From the NCBI RefSeq assembly GCF_009914755.1, contig NC_060941.1: a stretch of DNA of 64,000 nucleotides; one strand, 5' to 3'. A program made the translations under genes and the position numbers. Position 1 is the stretch's first letter; every line of letters starts with the position of its first letter. The notes under the pieces were generated by a model, which made no database searches, was not told the DNA's origin, and was given only the letters and a program-made list of their open reading frames with translations. Below are positions 11,101-26,100 of this stretch, piece after piece. The stretch is from the human T2T-CHM13v2.0 reference genome, Homo sapiens.

Positions 11101-14100
11101 ATCTTCACATGACATCTAGACAGAAGCATCCTCAGAAGCTTCTCTGTGATGACTGCATTCAACTCACGGAGTTGAACACTCCTTTTGAGAGCGCAGTTTT
11201 GAAACTCTCTTTCTGTGGCATCTGCAAGGGGACATGTAGACCTCTTTGAAGATTTCGTTGGAAACGGAATCATCTTCACATAAAAACTACACAGATGCAT
11301 TCTCAGGAACTTTTTGGTGATGTTTGTATTCAACTCCCAGAGTTGAACTTTCCTTTGGAAAGAGCAGCTATGAAACACTGTTTTTCTAGAATCTGCAAGT
11401 GGACGTTTGGAGGGCTTTGTGGTTTGTGGTGGAAAAGGAAATATCTTCACCTAAATACTAGATAGAAGCATTCTCAGAAACTGCTTTGTGATGATTGCAT
11501 TCACCTCACAGAGTTGAACATTCCTATTGATAGAGCAGTTTGGAAACACTCTTGTTGTGGAATGTGCAAGTGGAGATTTGGAGCGCTTTGAGGCCTATGG
11601 TAGTAAAGGGAATAGCTTCATAGAAAAACTAGACAGAAGCATTCTCAGAAAATACTTTGTGATGATTGAGTTTAACTCACAGAGCTGAACATTCCTTTGG
11701 ATGGAGCAGGTTTGAGACACACTTTTTGTAGAATCTACAAGTGGATATTTGGACCTCTCTGAGGATTTCGTTGGAAACGGGATAACTGCACCTAACTAAA
11801 CGGAAGCATTCTCAGAAACTTCTTGGTGATGTTTGCATTCAAATCCCAGAGTCGAACCTTCCTTTGATAGTTCAGGTTTGAAACACTCTTTTTGTAGGAT
11901 CTGCAAGTGGATATTTGGACCACTCTGTGGCCTTCGTTCGAAACGGGTATATCTTCGCATAAAATCTAGACAGAAGCCTTCTCAGAAACTTCTCTGTGAT
12001 GATTGCATTCAACTCACAGAGTTGAACCCTCCTATGGATAGAGCAGTGTTGAAACTCTCTTTTTGTGGAATCTGCAAGTGGATATGTGGACCTCTCCGAA
12101 GATGTCTTTGGAAACGGGAATATCTTCACATAAAAACTAAACAGAAGCATTCTCAGAAACTTCTCTGTGATGTTTGTGTTCAACTCCCAGAGTTTCACAT
12201 TGCTTTTCATAGAGTAGTTCTGAAACATGCTTTTCGTAGTGTCTACAAGTGGACATTTGGAGCGCTTTCAGGCCTGTGGTGGAAAACGAATTATGGTCAC
12301 ATAAAAACTGGAGAGAAGCATTGTCAGAAACTTCTTTGTGATGATTGCATTCAACTCACAGAGTTGAAGGTTCCTTTTCAAAGAGCAGTTTCCAATCACT
12401 CTTTCTGTGGAATCTGCAAGTGGATATTTGGACCTATTTTGAAGATTTCGTTGGAAACGGGAGAATCTTCACAGGAAAGCTAAACAGAAGCATTCTCAGA
12501 AACTTCTTTGTGATGCTTGCATTCAACTCACAGAGTTGAACTTTCCTTTCGAGAGAGAAGCTTTGAAACACTCTTTTTCCAGAATCTGCAAGTGGACATT
12601 TGGAGGGCTTTGAGGCCTGTGGTGGAAAAGGAATTATCTTCCCGTAAAAGCTAGATAGAAGCATTCTCAGAAACTACTTTGTGATGATTGCATTCAAGTC
12701 ACAGAGTTGAACATTCCCTTTGACAGAGCAGTTTGGAAACTCTCTTTGTGTAGAATCTGCAAGTGGAGATATGGACCGCTTTGAGGCCTATGGTAGTAAA
12801 GGAAATAGCTTCATATAAAAGCTAGACAGTAGCATTCACAGAAAACTCTTGGTGACGACTGAGTTTAACTCACAGAGCTGAACATTCCTTTGGATGGAGC
12901 AGTTTCGAAACACACTATTTGTAGAATGTGCAAGTGGATATTTAGGCCTCTCTGAGGATTTCGTTGGAAACGGGATAAACCGCACAGAACTAAACAGAAG
13001 CATTCTCAGAACCTTCTTCGTGATGTTTGCATTCAACTCACAGTGTTGAACCTTTCTTTGATAGTTCAGGTTTGAAACGGTCTTTCTGTAGAAACTGCAA
13101 GTAGATATTTGGACCTCTCTGAGGATTTCGTTGGAAACGGGATAACCCGCACAGAACTAAAACAGAAGCATTCTCAGAACCCTCTTCGTGATGTTTGCAT
13201 TCAACTCACAGTGCTGAACCTTTCTTTGATAGTTCAGCTTTGAAACACTCTTTTTGTAGAAACTGCAAGTGGATATTTGGTCCTCTCTGAGCATTTCGTT
13301 GGAAACGGGATAAACTGCACAGAACTAAACAGAAGCATTCTCAGAACCTTCTTCGTGATGTCTGCATTCAACTCACAGTGTGGAACCTTTCTTTGATAGT
13401 TCAGGTTTGAAACACTCTTTCTGTAGAAACTGCAAGGGGATAATTGCACTCTTTGAGGAGTACCGTAGTAAAGGAAATAACTTCCTATAAAAAGAAGACA
13501 GAAGCTTTCTCAGAAAATTCTTTGGGATGATTGAGTTGAACTCACAGAGCTGAGCATTCCTTGCGATGTAGCAGTTTAGAAACACACTTTCTGCAGAATC
13601 TGCAAGTGCATATTTGGACCTCTCTGAGGAATTCGTTGGAAACGGGATAATTTCAGCTGACTAAACAGAAGCAGTCTCAGAATCTTCTTTGTGATGTTTG
13701 CATTCAAATCCCCGAGTTGAACTTTCCTTTCAAAGTTCACGTTTGAAACACTCTTTTTGCAGGATCTACAAGTGGATATTTGGACCACTCTGTGTCCTTC
13801 GTTCGAAACGGGTATATCTTCACATGACATCTAGACAGAAGCATCCTCAGAAGCTTCTCTGTGATGACTGCATTCAACTCACGGAGTTGAACACTCCTTT
13901 TGAGAGCGCAGTTTTGAAACTCTCTTTCTGTGGCATCTGCAAGGGGACATGTAGACCTCTTTGAAGATTTCGTTGGAAACGGAATCATCTTCACATAAAA
14001 ACTACACAGATGCATTCTCAGGAACTTTTTGGTGATGTTTGTATTCAACTCCCAGAGTTGAACTTTCCTTTGGAAAGAGCAGCTATGAAACACTGTTTTT

Positions 14101-17100
14101 CTAGAATCTGCAAGTGGACGTTTGGAGGGCTTTGTGGTTTGTGGTGGAAAAGGAAATATCTTCACCTAAATACTAGATAGAAGCATTCTCAGAAACTGCT
14201 TTGTGATGATTGCATTCACCTCACAGAGTTGAACATTCCTATTGATAGAGCAGTTTGGAAACACTCTTGTTGTGGAATGTGCAAGTGGAGATTTGGAGCG
14301 CTTTGAGGCCTATGGTAGTAAAGGGAATAGCTTCATAGAAAAACTAGACAGAAGCATTCTCAGAAAATACTTTGTGATGATTGAGTTTAACTCACAGAGC
14401 TGAACATTCCTTTGGATGGAGCAGGTTTGAGACACACTTTTTGTAGAATCTACAAGTGGATATTTGGACCTCTCTGAGGATTTCGTTGGAAACGGGATAA
14501 CTGCACCTAACTAAACGGAAGCATTCTCAGAAACTTCTTGGTGATGTTTGCATTCAAATCCCAGAGTCGAACCTTCCTTTGATAGTTCAGGTTTGAAACA
14601 CTCTTTTTGTAGGATCTGCAAGTGGATATTTGGACCACTCTGTGGCCTTCGTTCGAAACGGGTATATCTTCGCATAAAATCTAGACAGAAGCCTTCTCAG
14701 AAACTTCTCTGTGATGATTGCATTCAACTCACAGAGTTGAACCCTCCTATGGATAGAGCAGTGTTGAAACTCTCTTTTTGTGGAATCTGCAAGTGGATAT
14801 GTGGACCTCTCCGAAGATGTCTTTGGAAACGGGAATATCTTCACATAAAAACTAAACAGAAGCATTCTCAGAAACTTCTCTGTGATGTTTGTGTTCAACT
14901 CCCAGAGTTTCACATTGCTTTTCATAGAGTAGTTCTGAAACATGCTTTTCGTAGTGTCTACAAGTGGACATTTGGAGCGCTTTCAGGCCTGTGGTGGAAA
15001 ACGAATTATGGTCACATAAAAACTGGAGAGAAGCATTGTCAGAAACTTCTTTGTGATGATTGCATTCAACTCACAGAGTTGAAGGTTCCTTTTCAAAGAG
15101 CAGTTTCCAATCACTCTTTCTGTGGAATCTGCAAGTGGATATTTGGACCTATTTTGAAGATTTCGTTGGAAACGGGAGAATCTTCACAGGAAAGCTAAAC
15201 AGAAGCATTCTCAGAAACTTCTTTGTGATGCTTGCATTCAACTCACAGAGTTGAACTTTCCTTTCGAGAGAGAAGCTTTGAAACACTCTTTTTCCAGAAT
15301 CTGCAAGTGGACATTTGGAGGGCTTTGAGGCCTGTGGTGGAAAAGGAATTATCTTCCCGTAAAAGCTAGATAGAAGCATTCTCAGAAACTACTTTGTGAT
15401 GATTGCATTCAAGTCACAGAGTTGAACATTCCCTTTGACAGAGCAGTTTGGAAACTCTCTTTGTGTAGAATCTGCAAGTGGAGATATGGACCGCTTTGAG
15501 GCCTATGGTAGTAAAGGAAATAGCTTCATATAAAAGCTAGACAGTAGCATTCACAGAAAACTCTTGGTGACGACTGAGTTTAACTCACAGAGCTGAACAT
15601 TCCTTTGGATGGAGCAGTTTCGAAACACACTATTTGTAGAATGTGCAAGTGGATATTTAGGCCTCTCTGAGGATTTCGTTGGAAACGGGATAAACCGCAC
15701 AGAACTAAACAGAAGCATTCTCAGAACCTTCTTCGTGATGTTTGCATTCAACTCACAGTGTTGAACCTTTCTTTGATAGTTCAGGTTTGAAACGGTCTTT
15801 CTGTAGAAACTGCAAGTAGATATTTGGACCTCTCTGAGGATTTCGTTGGAAACGGGATAACCCGCACAGAACTAAAACAGAAGCATTCTCAGAACCCTCT
15901 TCGTGATGTTTGCATTCAACTCACAGTGCTGAACCTTTCTTTGATAGTTCAGCTTTGAAACACTCTTTTTGTAGAAACTGCAAGTGGATATTTGGTCCTC
16001 TCTGAGCATTTCGTTGGAAACGGGATAAACTGCACAGAACTAAACAGAAGCATTCTCAGAACCTTCTTCGTGATGTCTGCATTCAACTCACAGTGTGGAA
16101 CCTTTCTTTGATAGTTCAGGTTTGAAACACTCTTTCTGTAGAAACTGCAAGGGGATAATTGCACTCTTTGAGGAGTACCGTAGTAAAGGAAATAACTTCC
16201 TATAAAAAGAAGACAGAAGCTTTCTCAGAAAATTCTTTGGGATGATTGAGTTGAACTCACAGAGCTGAGCATTCCTTGCGATGTAGCAGTTTAGAAACAC
16301 ACTTTCTGCAGAATCTGCAAGTGCATATTTGGACCTCTGTGAGGAATTCGTTGGAAACGGGATAATTTCAGCTGACTAAACAGAAGCAGTCTCAGAATCT
16401 TCTTTGTGATGTTTGCATTCAAATCCCCGAGTTGAACTTTCCTTTCAAAGTTCACGTTTGAAACACTCTTTTTGCAGGATCTACAAGTGGATATTTGGAC
16501 CACTCTGTGTCCTTCGTTCGAAACGGGTATATCTTCACATGACATCTAGACAGAAGCATCCTCAGAAGCTTCTCTGTGATGACTGCATTCAACTCACGGA
16601 GTTGAACACTCCTTTTGAGAGCGCAGTTTTGAAACTCTCTTTCTGTGGCATCTGCAAGGGGACATGTAGACCTCTTTGAAGATTTCGTTGGAAACGGAAT
16701 CATCTTCACATAAAAACTACACAGATGCATTCTCAGGAACTTTTTGGTGATGTTTGTATTCAACTCCCAGAGTTGAACTTTCCTTTGGAAAGAGCAGCTA
16801 TGAAACACTGTTTTTCTAGAATCTGCAAGTGGACGTTTGGAGGGCTTTGTGGTTTGTGGTGGAAAAGGAAATATCTTCACCTAAATACTAGATAGAAGCA
16901 TTCTCAGAAACTGCTTTGTGATGATTGCATTCACCTCACAGAGTTGAACATTCCTATTGATAGAGCAGTTTGGAAACACTCTTGTTGTGGAATGTGCAAG
17001 TGGAGATTTGGAGCGCTTTGAGGCCTATGGTAGTAAAGGGAATAGCTTCATAGAAAAACTAGACAGAAGCATTCTCAGAAAATACTTTGTGATGATTGAG

Positions 17101-20100
17101 TTTAACTCACAGAGCTGAACATTCCTTTGGATGGAGCAGGTTTGAGACACACTTTTTGTAGAATCTACAAGTGGATATTTGGACCTCTCTGAGGATTTCG
17201 TTGGAAACGGGATAACTGCACCTAACTAAACGGAAGCATTCTCAGAAACTTCTTGGTGATGTTTGCATTCAAATCCCAGAGTCGAACCTTCCTTTGATAG
17301 TTCAGGTTTGAAACACTCTTTTTGTAGGATCTGCAAGTGGATATTTGGACCACTCTGTGGCCTTCGTTCGAAACGGGTATATCTTCGCATAAAATCTAGA
17401 CAGAAGCCTTCTCAGAAACTTCTCTGTGATGATTGCATTCAACTCACAGAGTTGAACCCTCCTATGGATAGAGCAGTGTTGAAACTCTCTTTTTGTGGAA
17501 TCTGCAAGTGGATATGTGGACCTCTCCGAAGATGTCTTTGGAAACGGGAATATCTTCACATAAAAACTAAACAGAAGCATTCTCAGAAACTTCTCTGTGA
17601 TGTTTGTGTTCAACTCCCAGAGTTTCACATTGCTTTTCATAGAGTAGTTCTGAAACATGCTTTTCGTAGTGTCTACAAGTGGACATTTGGAGCGCTTTCA
17701 GGCCTGTGGTGGAAAACGAATTATGGTCACATAAAAACTGGAGAGAAGCATTGTCAGAAACTTCTTTGTGATGATTGCATTCAACTCACAGAGTTGAAGG
17801 TTCCTTTTCAAAGAGCAGTTTCCAATCACTCTTTGTGTGGAATCTGCAAGTGGATATTTGGACCTATTTTGAAGATTTCGTTGGAAACGGGAGAATCTTC
17901 ACAGGAAAGCTAAACAGAAGCATTCTCAGAAACTTCTTTGTGATGCTTGCATTCAACTCACAGAGTTGAACTTTCCTTTCGAGAGAGAAGCTTTGAAACA
18001 CTCTTTTTCCAGAATCTGCAAGTGGACATTTGGAGGGCTTTGAGGCCTGTGGTGGAAAAGGAATTATCTTCCCGTAAAAGCTAGATAGAAGCATTCTCAG
18101 AAACTACTTTGTGATGATTGCATTCAAGTCACAGAGTTGAACATTCCCTTTGACAGAGCAGTTTGGAAACTCTCTTTGTGTAGAATCTGCAAGTGGAGAT
18201 ATGGACCGCTTTGAGGCCTATGGTAGTAAAGGAAATAGCTTCATATAAAAGCTAGACAGTAGCATTCACAGAAAACTCTTGGTGACGACTGAGTTTAACT
18301 CACAGAGCTGAACATTCCTTTGGATGGAGCAGTTTCGAAACACACTATTTGTAGAATGTGCAAGTGGATATTTAGGCCTCTCTGAGGATTTCGTTGGAAA
18401 CGGGATAAACCGCACAGAACTAAACAGAAGCATTCTCAGAACCTTCTTCGTGATGTTTGCATTCAACTCACAGTGTTGAACCTTTCTTTGATAGTTCAGG
18501 TTTCAAACGGTCTTTCTGTAGAAACTGCAAGTAGATATTTGGACCTCTCTGAGGATTTCGTTGGAAACGGGATAACCCGCACAGAACTAAAACAGAAGCA
18601 TTCTCAGAACCCTCTTCGTGATGTTTGCATTCAACTCACAGTGCTGAACCTTTCTTTGATAGTTCAGCTTTGAAACACTCTTTTTGTAGAAACTGCAAGT
18701 GGATATTTGGTCCTCTCTGAGCATTTCGTTGGAAACGGGATAAACTGCACAGAACTAAACAGAAGCATTCTCAGAACCTTCTTCGTGATGTCTGCATTCA
18801 ACTCACAGTGTGGAACCTTTCTTTGATAGTTCAGGTTTGAAACACTCTTTCTGTAGAAACTGCAAGGGGATAATTGCACTCTTTGAGGAGTACCGTAGTA
18901 AAGGAAATAACTTCCTATAAAAAGAAGACAGAAGCTTTCTCAGAAAATTCTTTGGGATGATTGAGTTGAACTCACAGAGCTGAGCATTCCTTGCGATGTA
19001 GCAGTTTAGAAACACACTTTCTGCAGAATCTGCAAGTGCATATTTGGACCTCTGTGAGGAATTCGTTGGAAACGGGATAATTTCAGCTGACTAAACAGAA
19101 GCAGTCTCAGAATCTTCTTTGTGATGTTTGCATTCAAATCCCCGAGTTGAACTTTCCTTTCAAAGTTCACGTTTGAAACACTCTTTTTGCAGGATCTACA
19201 AGTGGATATTTGGACCACTCTGTGTCCTTCGTTCGAAACGGGTATATCTTCACATGACATCTAGACAGAAGCATCCTCAGAAGCTTCTCTGTGATGACTG
19301 CATTCAACTCACGGAGTTGAACACTCCTTTTGAGAGCGCAGTTTTGAAACTCTCTTTCTGTGGCATCTGCAAGGGGACATGTAGACCTCTTTGAAGATTT
19401 CGTTGGAAACGGAATCATCTTCACATAAAAACTACACAGATGCATTCTCAGGAACTTTTTGGTGATGTTTGTATTCAACTCCCAGAGTTGAACTTTCCTT
19501 TGGAAAGAGCAGCTATGAAACACTGTTTTTCTAGAATCTGCAAGTGGACGTTTGGAGGGCTTTGTGGTTTGTGGTGGAAAAGGAAATATCTTCACCTAAA
19601 TACTAGATAGAAGCATTCTCAGAAACTGCTTTGTGATGATTGCATTCACCTCACAGAGTTGAACATTCCTATTGATAGAGCAGTTTGGAAACACTCTTGT
19701 TGTGGAATGTGCAAGTGGAGATTTGGAGCGCTTTGAGGCCTATGGTAGTAAAGGGAATAGCTTCATAGAAAAACTAGACAGAAGCATTCTCAGAAAATAC
19801 TTTGTGATGATTGAGTTTAACTCACAGAGCTGAACATTCCTTTGGATGGAGCAGGTTTGAGACACACTTTTTGTAGAATCTACAAGTGGATATTTGGACC
19901 TCTCTGAGGATTTCGTTGGAAACGGGATAACTGCACCTAACTAAACGGAAGCATTCTCAGAAACTTCTTGGTGATGTTTGCATTCAAATCCCAGAGTCGA
20001 ACCTTCCTTTGATAGTTCAGGTTTGAAACACTCTTTTTGTAGGATCTGCAAGTGGATATTTGGACCACTCTGTGGCCTTCGTTCGAAACGGGTATATCTT

Positions 20101-23100
20101 CGCATAAAATCTAGACAGAAGCCTTCTCAGAAACTTCTCTGTGATGATTGCATTCAACTCACAGAGTTGAACCCTCCTATGGATAGAGCAGTGTTGAAAC
20201 TCTCTTTTTGTGGAATCTGCAAGTGGATATGTGGACCTCTCCGAAGATGTCTTTGGAAACGGGAATATCTTCACATAAAAACTAAACAGAAGCATTCTCA
20301 GAAACTTCTCTGTGATGTTTGTGTTCAACTCCCAGAGTTTCACATTGCTTTTCATAGAGTAGTTCTGAAACATGCTTTTCGTAGTGTCTACAAGTGGACA
20401 TTTGGAGCGCTTTCAGGCCTGTGGTGGAAAACGAATTATGGTCACATAAAAACTGGAGAGAAGCATTGTCAGAAACTTCTTTGTGATGATTGCATTCAAC
20501 TCACAGAGTTGAAGGTTCCTTTTCAAAGAGCAGTTTCCAATCACTCTTTCTGTGGAATCTGCAAGTGGATATTTGGACCTATTTTGAAGATTTCGTTGGA
20601 AACGGGAGAATCTTCACAGGAAAGCTAAACAGAAGCATTCTCAGAAACTTCTTTGTGATGCTTGCATTCAACTCACAGAGTTGAACTTTCCTTTCGAGAG
20701 AGAAGCTTTGAAACACTCTTTTTCCAGAATCTGCAAGTGGACATTTGGAGGGCTTTGAGGCCTGTGGTGGAAAAGGAATTATCTTCCCGTAAAAGCTAGA
20801 TAGAAGCATTCTCAGAAACTACTTTGTGATGATTGCATTCAAGTCACAGAGTTGAACATTCCCTTTGACAGAGCAGTTTGGAAACTCTCTTTGTGTAGAA
20901 TCTGCAAGTGGAGATATGGACCGCTTTGAGGCCTATGGTAGTAAAGGAAATAGCTTCATATAAAAGCTAGACAGTAGCATTCACAGAAAACTCTTGGTGA
21001 CGACTGAGTTTAACTCACAGAGCTGAACATTCCTTTGGATGGAGCAGTTTCGAAACACACTATTTGTAGAATGTGCAAGTGGATATTTAGGCCTCTCTGA
21101 GGATTTCGTTGGAAACGGGATAAACCGCACAGAACTAAACAGAAGCATTCTCAGAACCTTCTTCGTGATGTTTGCATTCAACTCACAGTGTTGAACCTTT
21201 CTTTGATAGTTCAGGTTTGAAACGGTCTTTCTGTAGAAACTGCAAGTAGATATTTGGACCTCTCTGAGGATTTCGTTGGAAACGGGATAACCCGCACAGA
21301 ACTAAAACAGAAGCATTCTCAGAACCCTCTTCGTGATGTTTGCATTCAACTCACAGTGCTGAACCTTTCTTTGATAGTTCAGCTTTGAAACACTCTTTTT
21401 GTAGAAACTGCAAGTGGATATTTGGTCCTCTCTGAGCATTTCGTTGGAAACGGGATAAACTGCACAGAACTAAACAGAAGCATTCTCAGAACCTTCTTCG
21501 TGATGTCTGCATTCAACTCACAGTGTGGAACCTTTCTTTGATAGTTCAGGTTTGAAACACTCTTTCTGTAGAAACTGCAAGGGGATAATTGCACTCTTTG
21601 AGGAGTACCGTAGTAAAGGAAATAACTTCCTATAAAAAGAAGACAGAAGCTTTCTCAGAAAATTCTTTGGGATGATTGAGTTGAACTCACAGAGCTGAGC
21701 ATTCCTTGCGATGTAGCAGTTTAGAAACACACTTTCTGCAGAATCTGCAAGTGCATATTTGGACCTCTGTGAGGAATTCGTTGGAAACGGGATAATTTCA
21801 GCTGACTAAACAGAAGCAGTCTCAGAATCTTCTTTGTGATGTTTGCATTCAAATCCCCGAGTTGAACTTTCCTTTCAAAGTTCACGTTTGAAACACTCTT
21901 TTTGCAGGATCTACAAGTGGATATTTGGACCACTCTGTGTCCTTCGTTCGAAACGGGTATATCTTCACATGACATCTAGACAGAAGCATCCTCAGAAGCT
22001 TCTCTGTGATGACTGCATTCAACTCACGGAGTTGAACACTCCTTTTGAGAGCGCAGTTTTGAAACTCTCTTTCTGTGGCATCTGCAAGGGGACATGTAGA
22101 CCTCTTTGAAGATTTCGTTGGAAACGGAATCATCTTCACATAAAAACTACACAGATGCATTCTCAGGAACTTTTTGGTGATGTTTGTATTCAACTCCCAG
22201 AGTTGAACTTTCCTTTGGAAAGAGCAGCTATGAAACACTCTTTTTCTAGAATCTGCAAGTGGACGTTTGGAGGGCTTTGTGGTTTGTGGTGGAAAAGGAA
22301 ATATCTTCACCTAAATACTAGATAGAAGCATTCTCAGAAACTGCTTTGTGATGATTGCATTCACCTCACAGAGTTGAACATTCCTATTGATAGAGCAGTT
22401 TGGAAACACTCTTGTTGTGGAATGTGCAAGTGGAGATTTGGAGCGCTTTGAGGCCTATGGTAGTAAAGGGAATAGCTTCATAGAAAAACTAGACAGAAGC
22501 ATTCTCAGAAAATACTTTGTGATGATTGAGTTTAACTCACAGAGCTGAACATTCCTTTGGATGGAGCAGGTTTGAGACACACTTTTTGTAGAATCTACAA
22601 GTGGATATTTGGACCTCTCTGAGGATTTCGTTGGAAACGGGATAACTGCACCTAACTAAACGGAAGCATTCTCAGAAACTTCTTGGTGATGTTTGCATTC
22701 AAATCCCAGAGTCGAACCTTCCTTTGATAGTTCAGGTTTGAAACACTCTTTTTGTAGGATCTGCAAGTGGATATTTGGACCACTCTGTGGCCTTCGTTCG
22801 AAACGGGTATATCTTCGCATAAAATCTAGACAGAAGCCTTCTCAGAAACTTCTCTGTGATGATTGCATTCAACTCACAGAGTTGAACCCTCCTATGGATA
22901 GAGCAGTGTTGAAACTCTCTTTTTGTGGAATCTGCAAGTGGATATGTGGACCTCTCCGAAGATGTCTTTGGAAACGGGAATATCTTCACATAAAAACTAA
23001 ACAGAAGCATTCTCAGAAACTTCTCTGTGATGTTTGTGTTCAACTCCCAGAGTTTCACATTGCTTTTCATAGAGTAGTTCTGAAACATGCTTTTCGTAGT

Positions 23101-26100
23101 GTCTACAAGTGGACATTTGGAGCGCTTTCAGGCCTGTGGTGGAAAACGAATTATGGTCACATAAAAACTGGAGAGAAGCATTGTCAGAAACTTCTTTGTG
23201 ATGATTGCATTCAACTCACAGAGTTGAAGGTTCCTTTTCAAAGAGCAGTTTCCAATCACTCTTTCTGTGGAATCTGCAAGTGGATATTTGGACCTATTTT
23301 GAAGATTTCGTTGGAAACGGGAGAATCATCACAGGAAAGCTAAACAGAAGCATTCTCAGAAACTTCTTTGTGATGCTTGCATTCAACTCACAGAGTTGAA
23401 CTTTCCTTTCGAGAGAGAAGCTTTGAAACACTCTTTTTCCAGAATCTGCAAGTGGACATTTGGAGGGCTTTGAGGCCTGTGGTGGAAAAGGAATTATCTT
23501 CCCGTAAAAGCTAGATAGAAGCATTCTCAGAAACTACTTTGTGATGATTGCATTCAAGTCACAGAGTTGAACATTCCCTTTGACAGAGCAGTTTGGAAAC
23601 TCTCTTTGTGTAGAATCTGCAAGTGGAGATATGGACCGCTTTGAGGCCTATGGTAGTAAAGGAAATAGCTTCATATAAAAGCTAGACAGTAGCATTCACA
23701 GAAAACTCTTGGTGACGACTGAGTTTAACTCACAGAGCTGAACATTCCTTTGGATGGAGCAGTTTCGAAACACACTATTTGTAGAATGTGCAAGTGGATA
23801 TTTAGGCCTCTCTGAGGATTTCGTTGGAAACGGGATAAACCGCACAGAACTAAACAGAAGCATTCTCAGAACCTTCTTCGTGATGTTTGCATTCAACTCA
23901 CAGTGTTGAACCTTTCTTTGATAGTTCAGGTTTGAAACGGTCTTTCTGTAGAAACTGCAAGTAGATATTTGGACCTCTCTGAGGATTTCGTTGGAAACGG
24001 GATAACCCGCACAGAACTAAAACAGAAGCATTCTCAGAACCCTCTTCGTGATGTTTGCATTCAACTCACAGTGCTGAACCTTTCTTTGATAGTTCAGCTT
24101 TGAAACACTCTTTTTGTAGAAACTGCAAGTGGATATTTGGTCCTCTCTGAGCATTTCGTTGGAAACGGGATAAACTGCACAGAACTAAACAGAAGCATTC
24201 TCAGAACCTTCTTCGTGATGTCTGCATTCAACTCACAGTGTGGAACCTTTCTTTGATAGTTCAGGTTTGAAACACTCTTTCTGTAGAAACTGCAAGGGGA
24301 TAATTGCACTCTTTGAGGAGTACCGTAGTAAAGGAAATAACTTCCTATAAAAAGAAGACAGAAGCTTTCTCAGAAAATTCTTTGGGATGATTGAGTTGAA
24401 CTCACAGAGCTGAGCATTCCTTGCGATGTAGCAGTTTAGAAACACACTTTCTGCAGAATCTGCAAGTGCATATTTGGACCTCTGTGAGGAATTCGTTGGA
24501 AACGGGATAATTTCAGCTGACTAAACAGAAGCAGTCTCAGAATCTTCTTTGTGATGTTTGCATTCAAATCCCCGAGTTGAACTTTCCTTTCAAAGTTCAC
24601 GTTTGAAACACTCTTTTTGCAGGATCTACAAGTGGATATTTGGACCACTCTGTGTCCTTCGTTCGAAACGGGTATATCTTCACATGACATCTAGACAGAA
24701 GCATCCTCAGAAGCTTCTCTGTGATGACTGCATTCAACTCACGGAGTTGAACACTCCTTTTGAGAGCGCAGTTTTGAAACTCTCTTTCTGTGGCATCTGC
24801 AAGGGGACATGTAGACCTCTTTGAAGATTTCGTTGGAAACGGAATCATCTTCACATAAAAACTACACAGATGCATTCTCAGGAACTTTTTGGTGATGTTT
24901 GTATTCAACTCCCAGAGTTGAACTTTCCTTTGGAAAGAGCAGCTATGAAACACTCTTTTTCTAGAATCTGCAAGTGGACGTTTGGAGGGCTTTGTGGTTT
25001 GTGGTGGAAAAGGAAATATCTTCACCTAAATACTAGATAGAAGCATTCTCAGAAACTGCTTTGTGATGATTGCATTCACCTCACAGAGTTGAACATTCCT
25101 ATTGATAGAGCAGTTTGGAAACACTCTTGTTGTGGAATGTGCAAGTGGAGATTTGGAGCGCTTTGAGGCCTATGGTAGTAAAGGGAATAGCTTCATAGAA
25201 AAACTAGACAGAAGCATTCTCAGAAAATACTTTGTGATGATTGAGTTTAACTCACAGAGCTGAACATTCCTTTGGATGGAGCAGGTTTGAGACACACTTT
25301 TTGTAGAATCTACAAGTGGATATTTGGACCTCTCTGAGGATTTCGTTGGAAACGGGATAACTGCACCTAACTAAACGGAAGCATTCTCAGAAACTTCTTG
25401 GTGATGTTTGCATTCAAATCCCAGAGTCGAACCTTCCTTTGATAGTTCAGGTTTGAAACACTCTTTTTGTAGGATCTGCAAGTGGATATTTGGACCACTC
25501 TGTGGCCTTCGTTCGAAACGGGTATATCTTCGCATAAAATCTAGACAGAAGCCTTCTCAGAAACTTCTCTGTGATGATTGCATTCAACTCACAGAGTTGA
25601 ACCCTCCTATGGATAGAGCAGTGTTGAAACTCTCTTTTTGTGGAATCTGCAAGTGGATATGTGGACCTCTCCGAAGATGTCTTTGGAAACGGGAATATCT
25701 TCACATAAAAACTAAACAGAAGCATTCTCAGAAACTTCTCTGTGATGTTTGTGTTCAACTCCCAGAGTTTCACATTGCTTTTCATAGAGTAGTTCTGAAA
25801 CATGCTTTTCGTAGTGTCTACAAGTGGACATTTGGAGCGCTTTCAGGCCTGTGGTGGAAAACGAATTATGGTCACATAAAAACTGGAGAGAAGCATTGTC
25901 AGAAACTTCTTTGTGATGATTGCATTCAACTCACAGAGTTGAAGGTTCCTTTTCAAAGAGCAGTTTCCAATCACTCTTTCTGTGGAATCTGCAAGTGGAT
26001 ATTTGGACCTATTTTGAAGATTTCGTTGGAAACGGGAGAATCTTCACAGGAAAGCTAAACAGAAGCATTCTCAGAAACTTCTTTGTGATGCTTGCATTCA

